Assembly: GCA_001275005.1 (NCBI GenBank)
Contig: JWZX01002415.1
Location: 1 to 34,267, forward strand
Origin: Chrysochromulina tobinii
Lineage: Eukaryota
DNA length: 34,267 nt
Direction: 5' to 3'
Below, piece by piece: positions 22,864 to 33,998 of the stretch. The notes beneath the pieces are model-generated. The model worked only from the letters and a program-made list of their open reading frames with translations. It did not search any database and was not told the DNA's origin. Positions within the stretch are counted from its first letter, which is position 1. Each line of letters opens with the position of its first letter. The position numbers and the translations under genes were made by a program.

Positions 22864-23006
22864 CGGCCAAGACGGCCAACTCCACCGCGAAAGAAAATTC
22901 ACACGTTTTGAAAAAGAGCGTCGTCGTGGCGTAATCGAAAGTACGCGCGCGTTGTGACATGAACAGCACAGCAGCAGCACCTACTTCGGCAGCCAAAACA
23001 CTGACT

Positions 23007-23957
23007 CTACAACCGACTCCGGGCACCGATGCGCGCCCGGCACCATTCGACGACATGCTGCCTCGCCTCCTCCGCGTCGAGTACCTCGTGCAGCAGCCCC
23101 GCAAAGACGCGCATCTCCTTGTCTGGCTGTGGGGACTTGGCCATCAGGGCGTCGCACGCGCTGCGCGGGCAGAGCTCATCGGCGCCCCCGTGCACGAGCA
23201 AGAACGGGAAGCCCCTGCCCGACACGGCGCTTCCAAAGTGGGGCAGGAGCGCCTGGCAGGTAGCCCGCATGTCGAGCAACGCGAGCGCCGTGCGGTTCTG
23301 GATCCAGCCGTGGTAGTTGAGAGGGTCGGCCCACTTATCGGCCGCGCGCTCCGGGAACGAGGTCAGCTCCGAGGGCGACGGAATCGGGGCCGCCGGCCCG
23401 GTGGGCTGCGTCTTCGCCAGCTGGGCGCAAATGGTACGGATGACGCTCGGCATCGCCCGCAACACCGGGATCAGAAACTTGAGCCCAAAAGGAGGGGAGA
23501 TGCTGTCCATCGCAAACCCTGAGAGCACAACCATCGCGGGCCTTGGGAGGGACGGATCTGTCGCCAATCGGTGCGCCACGATCATCGCCATCATGCTGCC
23601 GAGTGAGTGGCCAAGCACGATTAGCGGCAACGAGGCGCGGGCCGTGTCCTGCACCAGCGCGATCACGTCGGACACCGCGCCTTCGACGGTGCCAAAATCG
23701 CCACGCTCGCCTGCACTGTTACCGTGCCCGCTGAAGTCGACGGCGTGGACCTCGACGCCGACGGCACCGAAGGCGGCGGCGAGCTTATCGTAGCGGCCAG
23801 AATGCTCGTGGGTACCGTGGCAAAGGTAGAGCTGCGCCTTGACCTGTTTGGAATTGGGGCAAGCCCAGAAGCGGCGGCAGCGGCGCGCAGTGCCTTCGCC
23901 AACATTCGTGCATGTGGATGGTGACGACGACACCGACCCGGTGACCACCACCTTCAT
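23007..23957 (-). CDS. Alpha/beta hydrolase, monoglyceride lipase/lysophospholipase-like
   Basis: HGTHEHSGRY, AVDFSGHGNSAG, nucleophile GHSLG, LVHGGADELC and GLLHEVL. Start codon uncertain. Confidence 0.88.
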   Translation of the reverse strand: MKVVVTGSVSSSPSTCTNVGEGTARRCRRFWACPNSKQVKAQLYLCHGTHEHSGRYDKLAAAFGAVGVEVHAVDFSGHGNSAGERGDFGTVEGAVSDVIALVQDTARASLPLIVLGHSLGSMMAMIVAHRLATDPSLPRPAMVVLSGFAMDSISPPFGLKFLIPVLRAMPSVIRTICAQLAKTQPTGPAAPIPSPSELTSFPERAADKWADPLNYHGWIQNRTALALLDMRATCQALLPHFGSAVSGRGFPFLLVHGGADELCPRSACDALMAKSPQPDKEMRVFAGLLHEVLDAEEARQHVVEWCRARIGARSRL

Positions 23958-24094
23958 CACCACAAGCGCCCGACGAAGACAACCTGAGCCCTGAGCCCTG
24001 GAGACGAAACTGTCAGTTCAGAGTGCGTAAAGATAAAAACCCAAGTCACCTAAACGTAAATTTGGATAAAGAAAACCACCCCTTGAGCCGCTGG

Positions 24095-24142
24095 GGAGCC
24101 TCCTTGACTTGAACTTGACTTGACTTGACTTGAGGAGCCTCC
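24095..24142. repeat. (TTGAC)n tract flanked by a 9-bp direct repeat, GGAGCCTCC
   Basis: GGAGCCTCC at 24095-24103 and 24134-24142 surrounds TTGACTTGAACTTGACTTGACTTGACTTGA. Confidence 0.85.
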
Positions 24143-24228
24143 GCTCGCTTTTTGTGCAAATTCTTCTCGAGCCACTGCTGCTGCCCGAGGCGGCCGCCAC
24201 GTTTGCGGTCACATCCGTCGTCAGTCCC

Positions 24229-25769
24229 ATGGGTTCCGTCCTCGGCACGTGCTTCGGCTCGTGCCTAGCCTCGTGTGCAACGTCGGCCATATGCAGTCTC
24301 ACGGGCTGCGCATGCATGATGTCGCCCAAATGGGCCAACATGATGTACGTGATCTTCATCACCATGACCGTCATCGTGAGCCTCTCACTCAAGTACTCTG
24401 GCAAGGACCTGAACATCGGCTACGAGGTTGGCATGCCGACGTCGACGCCCTCGGTCTGCGTCCCATCCCCCGCCGAGGCCGCCGTTGTTGTCGCGGGCGT
24501 TGTCATCAAGCCTGCTGTACCTGCCAACAACTGCGACAACCTCGCCTACGATATGTGCAATTCCACGAGCTGCCAGGGCATGTGGGCCGTCTACCGCCTG
24601 ACATTCTCGCTCGCGGGCTTCTTCCTCGTGATGCTGCTGCTCACCTGCACAAAGACGAGCTTCTCCACGACCATGCACCGCGGCTTCTGGTTCGGCAAGG
24701 GCCTTGGGCTCACCGGGGTCGTCATCGCGTGCCTCTTCGCGCCCAACGACCTTTTCGCCGGGTTCGCATGGTTCGCTCGCATCGGCGCGCCCCTGTTCGT
24801 CATCTACCAGGTGGTCTGTTTCATCGATTTCGGATACACCTTCAGCACGAAAGTCGTTGAGAAGGACGAACGCGAGGACAACTTCTTCGGCCTCACCAAC
24901 CACGGTGGCAAGTACAAGGGCTTCATGCTGTTTGTACGCGCGCGCGCCGCCCATTCCCAGCCCTCGATCGGTGCCCCCCTTCTGCCCGCTCCTTGGGCGC
25001 TCCATCGTGGGCGCACCCTCGCCACGCCGCCGACGCCGACGTACGTGTGCTGTGTGCTGCGCGCTGGCTGCAGGTGTGCTTTCTCCTTGTGGTCGCCGCG
25101 TTCGCGGCGACCGCGGTGCTCTACAGCGTCTACCCGAGGGAATGCGCATTCAACAACGCGGCCGTCACGACGTCGCTCCTTTTCTCGCTGATCAACTTCG
25201 GCATCACGATCTCGCCCATCGCTGAGCATGGCTCCATCCTTGTCGCCTGCCTCGTCTGGTGCTACTCGACGTACCTCGCCTTCTCGGCCATCTCCGCCTT
25301 CCCAGAGCCGAGCTGCAATCCCTATGTGGAGACCAAGGAGGGGGACACTCTCTGGCTGGTCATCTCGGTGGCGATCGCGGCCGCCTCGATCGCCTGGATG
25401 GCCTACCAAAACGGCGCGCGCCAGATGGGTGGCAACGCTATGGATGGCAAGGAGCAGGTGCCCACGACAGCGTCCAACGACACTGTCGCTGTCGTGGTGC
25501 GCGTGGATCCTATCGTCGGCAGCGGCGCCGCCGAAGCGGCCACGGCAGACTCGTACGTCTCGTACCACCTCGTCATGTTCCTCGCGTCGCTGTACGCCGC
25601 CATGCTCGTCACCGATTGGGGCGCGGAATCGACCACCACAGGCTCTACGAGGGAAAACCTAGGCTACCCATCGGCCTGGCTCTTGCTAGGATCCATGTGG
25701 GTTTGCCAGCTCATCTACTTTTGGACCCTGATCGCGGCGCGCGCGTGCCCGGACCGAGACTTCTCCTAA
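24229..25769 (+). CDS. SERINC: Serine incorporator (Serinc/TMS1) family membrane protein; exons 24229-24933 and 25074-25769
   Basis: MG start with Cys-rich N-terminus, CQGMWAVYRLTFSLAGFF, MHRGFWFGK, IDFGY, YHLVMFLASLYAAMLVTDW and C-terminal WTLIAA..PDRDFS. A 140-nt GT-AG intron joins the two ORFs in frame. Confidence 0.93.
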
Positions 25770-26561
25770 ATCCTCTCTCGAGCGCTTCCCCGACGGCCCA
25801 CTTTTCGCGGGCCTAACGAGGGCCGTACTGACCGTCATAGGGCACTTGGGGGCATGATGAGGGTGCAGGCGCTCGGGGCGGCGCTCTCGCCGCGGTCTCG
25901 AGGGCCGATCTTTGGGCCTCGCCTCTCGTGCTCTGAACCTTGAGCTTATTATGCCCTGTACTGCAACTGCAAACTGCGCTGGTAGAAGTGTGCTATCGGC
26001 GCGGAAACGGAGCGCACACTGTCACCGACAAGCGGCCCGAACGTTGCTCTACTGTAATGTGGGTGACTGTGGCGAAACTGTGGCGTGTGTGTGGACGGCC
26101 TGGACGTCGGCGTCGTCCGGCGGTGGGGCGTCGCGGTTAGTACAAGGCGAGTAGCCGCGCCCACGCCGGCTCTGCGGGCCTCAGGTAGAAAGGAGGTCGA
26201 GTCCGCGCCGGCGCGCGGTCAGGCACTCGCCAAGCGCAGCATACTTGATACTAAAAGCGCGTCCCGCGTTCGTGGACGCCGTACATGTTTACAGGTGAAG
26301 ATACAACTCAGTTGACGCACGGTTACGCCACTATACGAGCTGAATGAAACATCCTATGCTCTCGCGCGTCCGCGTCCTCCATCTTCACGATCGTCGATCG
26401 ATACTTCGATAGTCTAACTTACAGCGGTAAGCCGAATCCGGACGGCCACGCGCGCCGACCCCCGGCGGAACGCGGAGACGTGCCGCTCGGCCACGCGCCC
26501 GCTCGGGCATGCGCCTCATCCGCATCGGTGTTGCTGAACGCTCACAGGCCTGGCAACGTCG

Positions 26562-27857
26562 TCACTGGGCTCGGCTTCGGTATTTCGCTGCTATGGCAGC
26601 GCCGGGCGTGAGGCCACCCAGCCTCTGCACATTCTTCTGGTGCTGTTCCCACAGGGTCTTGGCACGCCGTTCGTTCTCGTCGAGGAAGATGCGCCCTTCG
26701 CGGCGCGCGGCGTCGGCCTCGCGCCGCCACTCCTGCTGCGCCTTTGCATGCTCGTTGAGCTCAGCGACCACCGTCGACTCCTTTCGCCGCTGAAGGTCCT
26801 CCGCATGTAACCGCTGGCATTGCGCCAGACCCTTCTTGCCGGCGGCCAGCCGGCCGCGCATCTCCGCAAAGGTGCCGTACTCGACGACGTCGTGGATGCG
26901 CCTCGCCAGGTACGCCTCACCCTCCTCTTTGCTGTGAACGGCCCTCGTCGACTCTTCCCACAGATCCAACTCCGGATTGTAGAGGCGGCTGGCGGCTGGC
27001 GGCTGCGACGTGAAGAGGTTGCGACGCTCGAGCACCTGCTGTACCGAGGTGGCGAGCTGCCACGGGCGCTCGTGCTCGCGCGCCTCGCGCGCCTGCGCGT
27101 CCGCTGCGGGCACGCGCACCTCGTGTCTCTTGAGGATCTCCACTGCAAAAGGCTTGTACTCGAGCTCGCCGTCGCGCGCGAACTTGGCGAAGAGGCCCGC
27201 CACGAGCGGGCGCATCCGATCGGAGGGTGGCACGGTGGTGATGCAACCAAGCTTGGCGAGGACTTTGGTGAAGCCCTCGAGAGTCACCGTGCCCATCTGA
27301 GCCGCGTCGTAGTACGTGAACGCGCGCGTGAGCGTCTTCAGGGCGCCCGTCTCTTCAATGCCGCCGAGCGGCGTGCGTGCGATGAGCTTCTGCACCAAGA
27401 TGGCCTCGAACTCGTCGACCGCGCGGCGTTGTATGAAGGCCGCGCGCGCGGCCTCGCGATCGGCCGTTGAGGGTCGTGGCGGCGGCGGCGGCGGGAAGTC
27501 GCGCAGTGTGCTCGTAGTCTCGGCCAGCGAGGCGCTCGCGGGTCTGCCGGCCATCTGCTGCTTGAGTTGCTGAAGCTCGCGCTCGAGCTGCGCAGCCTTC
27601 TCCTGCAGTGTCACGTTGGAGCGCTGCGAGGTGGCTGCGTCGGCCTCCGGAGCGGGCCCACCCTCAGCGCCGACCGTCAACTTGCCAGAGGGTGGCCGTC
27701 CACGCCCGCGGCCGCGGTCGTCTCTGCCGGTCGGCCGCGGCGGCCAGCCAGACTGCCCAGGGACTGGCAGCGGCTTTGGCGGCGGCGCGGTGCCCAACAC
27801 CTTCTCGTTGAGCGATTTGCCGTCGCGCTGCGCCATGGCCACGCTGCTAATCGGCAT
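26562..27857 (-). CDS. EF-hand-containing protein with coiled-coil regions
   Basis: LTRAFTYYDAAQMGTVTLEGFTKVL is EF-hand-like, followed by a degenerate second hand (LFAKFARDGELEYKPF) and a charged helical C-terminus. Confidence 0.65.
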   Translation of the reverse strand: MPISSVAMAQRDGKSLNEKVLGTAPPPKPLPVPGQSGWPPRPTGRDDRGRGRGRPPSGKLTVGAEGGPAPEADAATSQRSNVTLQEKAAQLERELQQLKQQMAGRPASASLAETTSTLRDFPPPPPPRPSTADREAARAAFIQRRAVDEFEAILVQKLIARTPLGGIEETGALKTLTRAFTYYDAAQMGTVTLEGFTKVLAKLGCITTVPPSDRMRPLVAGLFAKFARDGELEYKPFAVEILKRHEVRVPAADAQAREAREHERPWQLATSVQQVLERRNLFTSQPPAASRLYNPELDLWEESTRAVHSKEEGEAYLARRIHDVVEYGTFAEMRGRLAAGKKGLAQCQRLHAEDLQRRKESTVVAELNEHAKAQQEWRREADAARREGRIFLDENERRAKTLWEQHQKNVQRLGGLTPGAAIAAKYRSRAQ

Positions 27858-28026
27858 GGCTCGCTACGGTTGGCCCGCACGAGAGTTCGCACAAGCGCCG
27901 CAAAAAGTTGGAGAGACAGTCGAGGGTACTTGTACGTGGTTCCTCTTGTGCGCGTCATAACCGCTCAGCTCCTAGGGGTTCGAAAAAGTTCGCGCTCGGC
28001 ACAGCGCGAGTTCTGCGGCGACGTCA

Positions 28027-29144
28027 ATGGTGCGAACTCTTTTCCCGGGCGCGGGCAGAACCCCGCCGTCGCAGCCCGTCCATTCCACCTCTGACTGCGC
28101 TGCTTCTCTTGTCTCCTTACCCGCAGGCGTCACAGCATGTCGCGGGCATCCCGCGCAGCGGCAAGATGCTGGTACGCGCATCCTCGACTCTTGCTGTGCT
28201 GCGGCCTGTCTGCGCCTGCGCGCCCATGGCGCAGCGTTCGCCTGACTACTTCGCTCACGAGCATCCTTTCCGTCCGTCCGCAGGCGCTCATCAATTACCG
28301 CATGCGCGTCACCATTCAGGACAGCCGCATGTTCGTCGGCAAGTTCATGGCCTTTGACAAGTACATGAACCTCATCCTATGCGACTGCGAGGAATTCCGG
28401 AAAGTAACCGTCAAGGGCAAGAAGGAGGAGCGTGAGGAGAAGCGCACGCTTGGCCTCGTGCTCATCCGTGGTGAGACGGTTGTCTCCATGTCCGTCGAGG
28501 GCCCGCCGCCGCAGGACGATCGGCGGCGCGCGGTCGTGGGTGCAGCCGGGGGCCCAGGCTCGGGCAAGGCGGCGGGCCGTGGTATGGCCATCGGTGGGCC
28601 GATGAGCGCGCCGGCTGGCCTGTCGGGGCCCGTACGCGGCGTCGGCGGGCCCGGCGCGGCGTCGATGCTGCCGAGCGCTGGCCGTGGCGTCGCCGCGCAG
28701 CCGCAGATGTACGGCGGCCCTCCGCCTGGAGGTCCACCCCCGGGCATGCCGCCGCCCGGGATGCCGCCGCCATCGGGCATGCCGCCTCCGGGCATGCCGC
28801 CGCCGGGCATGCCGCCGCCCGGCTACCCGCCGCGCGGCCCGCCACCGCCGGGAATGCCGCCGCCGGGCATGCCGCCGCCCGGCATGCCGCCGCCCGGTTA
28901 TCCGCCCCGCGGCCCTCCGCCGGGGGCGCCGCCGCCGGGCATGCCGCCGGGCATGATGCCGCCGGGCTATCCGCCGCGCGGCCCGCCGCCGCCGGGGATG
29001 CCGCCACCCGGCGCGCCGCCGCCCGGCTATCCGCCGATGATGCCTCCGGGGTATCCGCCGCGCGGCCCGCCGCCACCAGGAATGCCGCCACCCGGATATC
29101 CGATGCCACCAGGCATGCCGCCACCCAGGCCGCCGGGGCAATGA
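28027..29144 (+). CDS. SNRPB: Small nuclear ribonucleoprotein SmB/B'; exons 28027-28029 (ATG only), 28127-28171, 28284-29144
   Basis: Spliced product [72 protein letters not shown] with a PPPGM repeat tail. GT-AG introns at 28030-28126 and 28172-28283. Confidence 0.95.
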
Positions 29145-29546
29145 GCAGATCTCGAGCACTGCGCGCGCACGGATCCTCTGGCGGGTATTGGCGGTCCCGG
29201 CGGCCCCGGGAGTCGGCAGCGTCAGCCTTCGCTGAGCGGCGGCAACAGGTTTGTCGACGGCTCGCCCGGCGGGCGCTCAGGCTCATGTGGCAGGTGGAGG
29301 AGCCGCGACGCACGATGGCGACTCTTCGCCGGGGCAGCACGGAGCACGGTGGTGTTATCTCGCCCCCCGCGACCACTCCATGGCCCCTGTCCCACGCAGT
29401 ACCAGTAGAACCCTGGCCCACCACGGAGACACGTTCGCCGAACCAACCTGTAGAACTGTATCATGGATTGCAACAGAATGCTGTTTAGAGATGACAACGC
29501 TGGGCACCTATGAAAACTTTACCTGAGTGTACCCTACCATCTCTCA

Positions 29547-29885
29547 TCACTGGGCTGCCCTCATCGAGGGCGAGCCCTTGGGCGCGAGGCCCGTTGTCTC
29601 GTCGACAATCGCAGGCTTCTTGCCCTTGTACAGACCTGTCTTCATGTCCCAATCGGGGTCTGGGCCGACATCTTTGCTGCCCGTGTTGAGGTACACGCCG
29701 CGCCGCACCTCGCCAGAGGATAGCGGCCGCTCGGAGGCCACCATCGGCACGTTTGATGTCAGCCGCCGGTGCCGCTGCTGCAACAGCAGTGGGACAGCCG
29801 CCATGAGCGACGTGAAGCCAACCAGGCCGAGCACGAGAGGCCAGTTCCGTGGCGGCGGCGGTCGAGGCGGCAGCTTGCTGGCCAT
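29547..29885 (-). CDS. Small single-pass membrane protein of unknown function
   Basis: ATG-initiated 112-aa ORF with one hydrophobic segment (WPLVLGLVGFTSLMAAVPLLL) and an ordered-looking motif RRGVYLNTGSKDVGPDPDW. Confidence 0.65.
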   Translation of the reverse strand: MASKLPPRPPPPRNWPLVLGLVGFTSLMAAVPLLLQQRHRRLTSNVPMVASERPLSSGEVRRGVYLNTGSKDVGPDPDWDMKTGLYKGKKPAIVDETTGLAPKGSPSMRAAQ

Positions 29886-30130
29886 GATGCTGTCCTGGCT
29901 CACTCACGGTGGTCCTACCAACACACAGGCTCTTCGACACACAGGCTCTTCGCGACGAGGGAAACCCTCCAGACTGCGTTCACAGCGACAAGAGTAGAAC
30001 GTGAGATATCAAGGAGGCGCGCGTGTCGACGCCACGGCCGGACAACGCCGCCAATTCTTCATTGATAAAGTTCCGCTTTGAGTTCAATAATTCACAGCCC
30101 AAGTCGACACACGGCACCGAAAATCGCTAG

Positions 30131-31843
30131 GTGCCGACCACTCCAAGAGACCTCTTCGGCGCCGCGCCGCCATCGGTGCTCGCCATCCTCCTCAAGCTCA
30201 CGTCCAACATTCTCTCGTCGCCCGACGAACCCAAGTACCGCACGCTCAAGCGCTCGAACAAGGCGATCTCCTCCAAGGTCCTCTCAAACCCCGGCGGCGC
30301 CGCATGGCTTGCTGCGCTTGGCTTTGTGGGCGATGGCGATGAGCTCGCGACCGCCATCGCCGATCCGGTGTTGACGGCCGTGCACGCCGCACTGAATGCC
30401 GCGGTGGCCGCCACGCGTGTCACGCGCGTGTGTGGCGCGCAAGGTTGGGTGGTGCACGGGCTGGCACTCGAGTTTGGCGACGGCACGCGGAGCGGCGCAT
30501 TCCTCGAGAACGACAGCCGGCGCATGAACCTCATGGATGACCACGGTCTCCTTCGGCGCGGCGGCAAGGTCGAGTTCCTCCAGCCGGGAGAGCGCATCGT
30601 CGCCGTCCGCGGCCACCACTCGAGCATGGGGTACCTGTGTGGAGGCATCACGCTTCTTCTCTCATCGAATCGCACGATCGCCTTTGTCGGCGAGAATGCC
30701 AACGTGTTCGGCGCACCATTTGAGTTCGCAGTGCCGCCCGACGATGAGCTCTCCGATGTGCGCTTCGCTGACGGCAAGTGCGTCGGCGTTGTGCTGCGCT
30801 CGGAAGTTACGGCGGTGGCGACCCCTGCGACACCCTCTCCGGCCAGCGGCGCCGCCGCCGCTGGCGGCACCGGCCCGCCTCCGCGGGTGCTCAACTCCGT
30901 CCGGGAGCTGCAGGTGTGGGATCCCGCGACAGCGTCCGAACCGCCGGTGGTGCGCCCGCCCTCGGCGCCCAGAGCGCCCCTGCCCACCCGGCCGCGTGTG
31001 CTCCACTGTCACGACTGCCGTGGGGGCTACAACGACTGCGCCGACGGCAAGTACCTTCGCTGCTTCAGTGGCTGGGACGCGACGGACGCGTTCTGCTACT
31101 TTGGGCACAATTTGGTCTCGATGCCGCCGGCGGTGTGGGTGGCGGCGTGCCATGCGCGTGGGGTGCCTTGCCTGGGGACCTTGATCACTGAAGGGGGTGG
31201 CGAGGCAGCCGATGAGCAAGCTCGACTGCTCGCCGACGTGGATACGTGCGTGGACAAGCTGTGCGCACTGTGCGAGCACTTCCAATTCGATGGCTGGCTG
31301 GTCAACTTCGAGAGCCCGCTCCGGGGCGGGCGCGCCCAGACGGCCGCCGTCGTCGACTTTCTGGCGACCTTGAGCATCTGCCTGCGGCAGCGGCTCGGCG
31401 CGCAGTCCCTCGTGATCTATTACGATGCCCTGGACGCCGACGGGCAAGTGCGCTATCAGAATGCACTCACGCCAGCCAACCGCCCGTTCTTCGACGCGTG
31501 CGACGGCATCTTCACCAACTATTGGTGGGGGGCGCCGCAGCTGCAGCAGTCTGCCGCGCAGGCCGCGGCCGCAGGCGCCGCCGTGGGCGTGGGAGGACGC
31601 CAGCACGACGTGTTCTGCGGCGTCGATCTCTTCGCGAGGAATACGTCGTACGGCGCGGGACCCGCGTGCGCCGTGCCGTGCCGCGCCGCAAGGGCCGCCG
31701 GCCTCTCGCTCGCCCTCTTCGCCCCCGGATGGTCGGTCGAGTGCGGGGCCGCGGCCCAGTGTGACACAGACGCCGAGGCCGCGGCTGCGGACGAGCAGTT
31801 TTGGGCGGCGCTCGGCGTGAGAGCGCTCTTTCGTCCATCGTAG
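30131..31843 (+). CDS. PUB domain + jacalin-like lectin + GH85 endo-beta-N-acetylglucosaminidase fusion; start codon unresolved
   Basis: PUB: LLKLTSNILSSPDEPKYRTLKRSN..LAALGF. Jacalin-like: GWVVHGLALEFGDG..LQPGERIVAVRG..ITLLLSSNR. GH85: HCHDCRGGY, FCYFGH..PP..W..ACH..GVPCLGTLITE, FDGWLVNFE, YYDA, DGIFTNYWW, GVDLFAR, ALFAPGW. Confidence 0.87.
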   Translation: MPTTPRDLFGAAPPSVLAILLKLTSNILSSPDEPKYRTLKRSNKAISSKVLSNPGGAAWLAALGFVGDGDELATAIADPVLTAVHAALNAAVAATRVTRVCGAQGWVVHGLALEFGDGTRSGAFLENDSRRMNLMDDHGLLRRGGKVEFLQPGERIVAVRGHHSSMGYLCGGITLLLSSNRTIAFVGENANVFGAPFEFAVPPDDELSDVRFADGKCVGVVLRSEVTAVATPATPSPASGAAAAGGTGPPPRVLNSVRELQVWDPATASEPPVVRPPSAPRAPLPTRPRVLHCHDCRGGYNDCADGKYLRCFSGWDATDAFCYFGHNLVSMPPAVWVAACHARGVPCLGTLITEGGGEAADEQARLLADVDTCVDKLCALCEHFQFDGWLVNFESPLRGGRAQTAAVVDFLATLSICLRQRLGAQSLVIYYDALDADGQVRYQNALTPANRPFFDACDGIFTNYWWGAPQLQQSAAQAAAAGAAVGVGGRQHDVFCGVDLFARNTSYGAGPACAVPCRAARAAGLSLALFAPGWSVECGAAAQCDTDAEAAAADEQFWAALGVRALFRPS

Positions 31844-32169
31844 GGGGTTCGTCAGAGTCCGCGCGCGCGCTTAATGACGCTGGTCCGGGTGTTTTGTCAG
31901 TGTTTTGGGTTTTTGATTTTTCATGTCCGGCGCGAACGTCGGCAAAATGCGCTATCCCGTATCCGCTCAATCCGCTCTCGCCGCTCTGTTGTCTGTAGAG
32001 AGCGAGTACGCAGACCGAGTTCACGGCGCGCAGGATGCATACCGCCACACGACAGCCGATGTGGGCTGGTGGGGGGGGCAGAGGGCACGCCGCATACATG
32101 TAGGCCCCCCGTGTCCCATCCCACCGAGGTGATCGCACCGTGGGCCGGTGGGCGGAAGCACACTCGACA

Positions 32170-33998
32170 TTGTGAATTCAAGGATCCGCCGCCGCACGCG
32201 CACCTCGCCCACCTCAAGGGCATCCGCCAAATTGGCCAAACAGCAGACCACCGTGGCCAAGGTCAAGGACGAGTTGCCACTCTCGCCAACCTAATGCGCC
32301 AGTATAGCTGTATAGGCAGTTGCGCGGCAATGACATCGTGAACGGTGAAGGAGGCAAGGAGCTCGTGGAAGAGATAGCTTCCACCTTGATCTCCACTTCC
32401 GCTGCCTCCGCTTCCAGTACCAGACGGTGGGCCACCCGGTGCAAGTCGCGGCCAAGATCATTCGCGAGGTTAGCATGAAAATTCAGCCGGACATGACGCC
32501 CTACGGCTACTCCATCCTCTTGCTCGCCTCTGAGCTCATCGACAAGGACTGCCCGAAAGCGAGGTCCGGCGGGGCCTCCCTTGCGGCAGTCCCTCGTCCT
32601 CGAGGTCCCGCCAGAAACAATCGTCGACAGGTTGAAGGATGCCGAGCAACTCTTTGCGAAGGAGGTGCCAATCACGTGGTTAAACGCCACGAAACCGAGG
32701 ACTGGCAGATGCAACCGCAGAACCGACGCGTGCCAAACCGGATATCGGCGCTGCAAAGGCGACGAAGAGAAGCAGCGGCTTGAGCGTGTCCAAGGCGGGC
32801 AGGAACAAGAGCGGCTCCCAACAACACTGCATCCTACTAAAGAGCACGAGCTCAAGGAGCAGACTTCAGGTTGCCACGAGCGTCAACCTCAAGTTGCTGA
32901 CGAGGGTTGTGGCGAAAGCCACATCCAAGGCTGCTCAAAGATCGTTTCGCGGACAAGCGCAGGACGCCTTCGAGTCTTCCAGCCTCTTCACCGCACTGAA
33001 CCGGGTACTGGATGACACTCACCAAGAGTTGGCGCGAGAGGTGCGCCTGGAAAATGCAACCGAGCACCCGCTTCGCAAATCCAGGCGAGGGTCGCGCACC
33101 GTCCCAAGCCACCACCACCCGCGCTTGGTGCGGGGCACTGCCCCGCCGCCCAGCCGCACCCCAAAGGTAGAAAGAGAGCGAGGTGAGAAACTTCAAGATC
33201 GACACCAGCACGAAGGTGCTCCACGAGATCATCGCCACGTGTTCAGGAGCCACCGCGGATGCCATCAACGTTGTACACGCCGGGCATGTACTTTCCAACG
33301 GTGACCAGAAAATCAGTGAGACATCCCTGGACCGCGCGACCGAGGATCGCCAAAGAGTGCACGTGGTGGCGATCAACAAGGCGGCGGTACACAAGGCGGC
33401 TGGAGATCACAATGAAGAGCCTCGACGGCGCTCAATGCATGCCAGCACGCCGCCGCCAGCAGCCCAGCCAGCAGCCCAGCACAGCAGTGGCCGCAGAACC
33501 TCCAGCAGGCGGGGTCGGCGTTCAAGCATGGGCGCAAGCCACCCGGCTCTAAAAGCCAGAATATCTGTACGGTGGTGTTCAAACGAGGGAAAGACGGGCT
33601 GCAGGGTAATGGTGCAGCTGCTCCAGCATTGGTTAACGGCGCGCGCGGTGCCGCAGACGGTGGCTTTGCTGGCGCGGGTGTACGTTACGTTTGGGTCAGC
33701 AGGGGTCGTGAGGCAGGAGGTCATTGACGATGAGTGAGAGAATGACCTAATGTGCCGGGCCACCTCCGGCTTGTGGACCTCCTCAGCCACGTACCCTCCC
33801 CAATCCGATCCGATCCTGGGCTGCTTCATCAGCGGCATGGATTCGGCGACCCATAGCTTCATCGTGATGCGCGCAGTGCCGGGCCTGTTCAACGGCGCCG
33901 AGCGCTGCACACCGTCGACCCAGTTCACAATAGGTCACCAGACGCGAGACGGCGGCACGACAACAGTTCACAGAACTCCAGAAGTCCACGACTCGTAG
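32170..33998 (+). pseudogene. Decayed coding region, possibly transposon-borne, with a ubiquitin-like fragment at about 33183-33380
   Basis: Protein-like segments switch frame repeatedly (ORFs 32427, 32581, 32780, 33183). FKIDTSTKVLHEIIATCSG..INVVHAGHVLSN..ISETSL..VHVV resembles a ubiquitin fold. Confidence 0.4.

Noticed and set aside
28137..28283. SmB N-terminus as given in the ORF track ([12 protein letters not shown]...)
   Set aside because: It reads through an intron. The spliced frame gives the expected [11 protein letters not shown].
28720..29140. PPPGM coding repeats as a novel repeat
   Set aside because: This is the normal proline-rich tail of SmB/B'.
7671..33380. Functional cluster of ubiquitin-proteasome genes (Skp1/F-box, ubiquilin, PUB-ENGase, ubiquitin-like fragment)
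   Set aside because: They are interspersed with unrelated genes, and such domains are common enough in eukaryotes to co-occur by chance.
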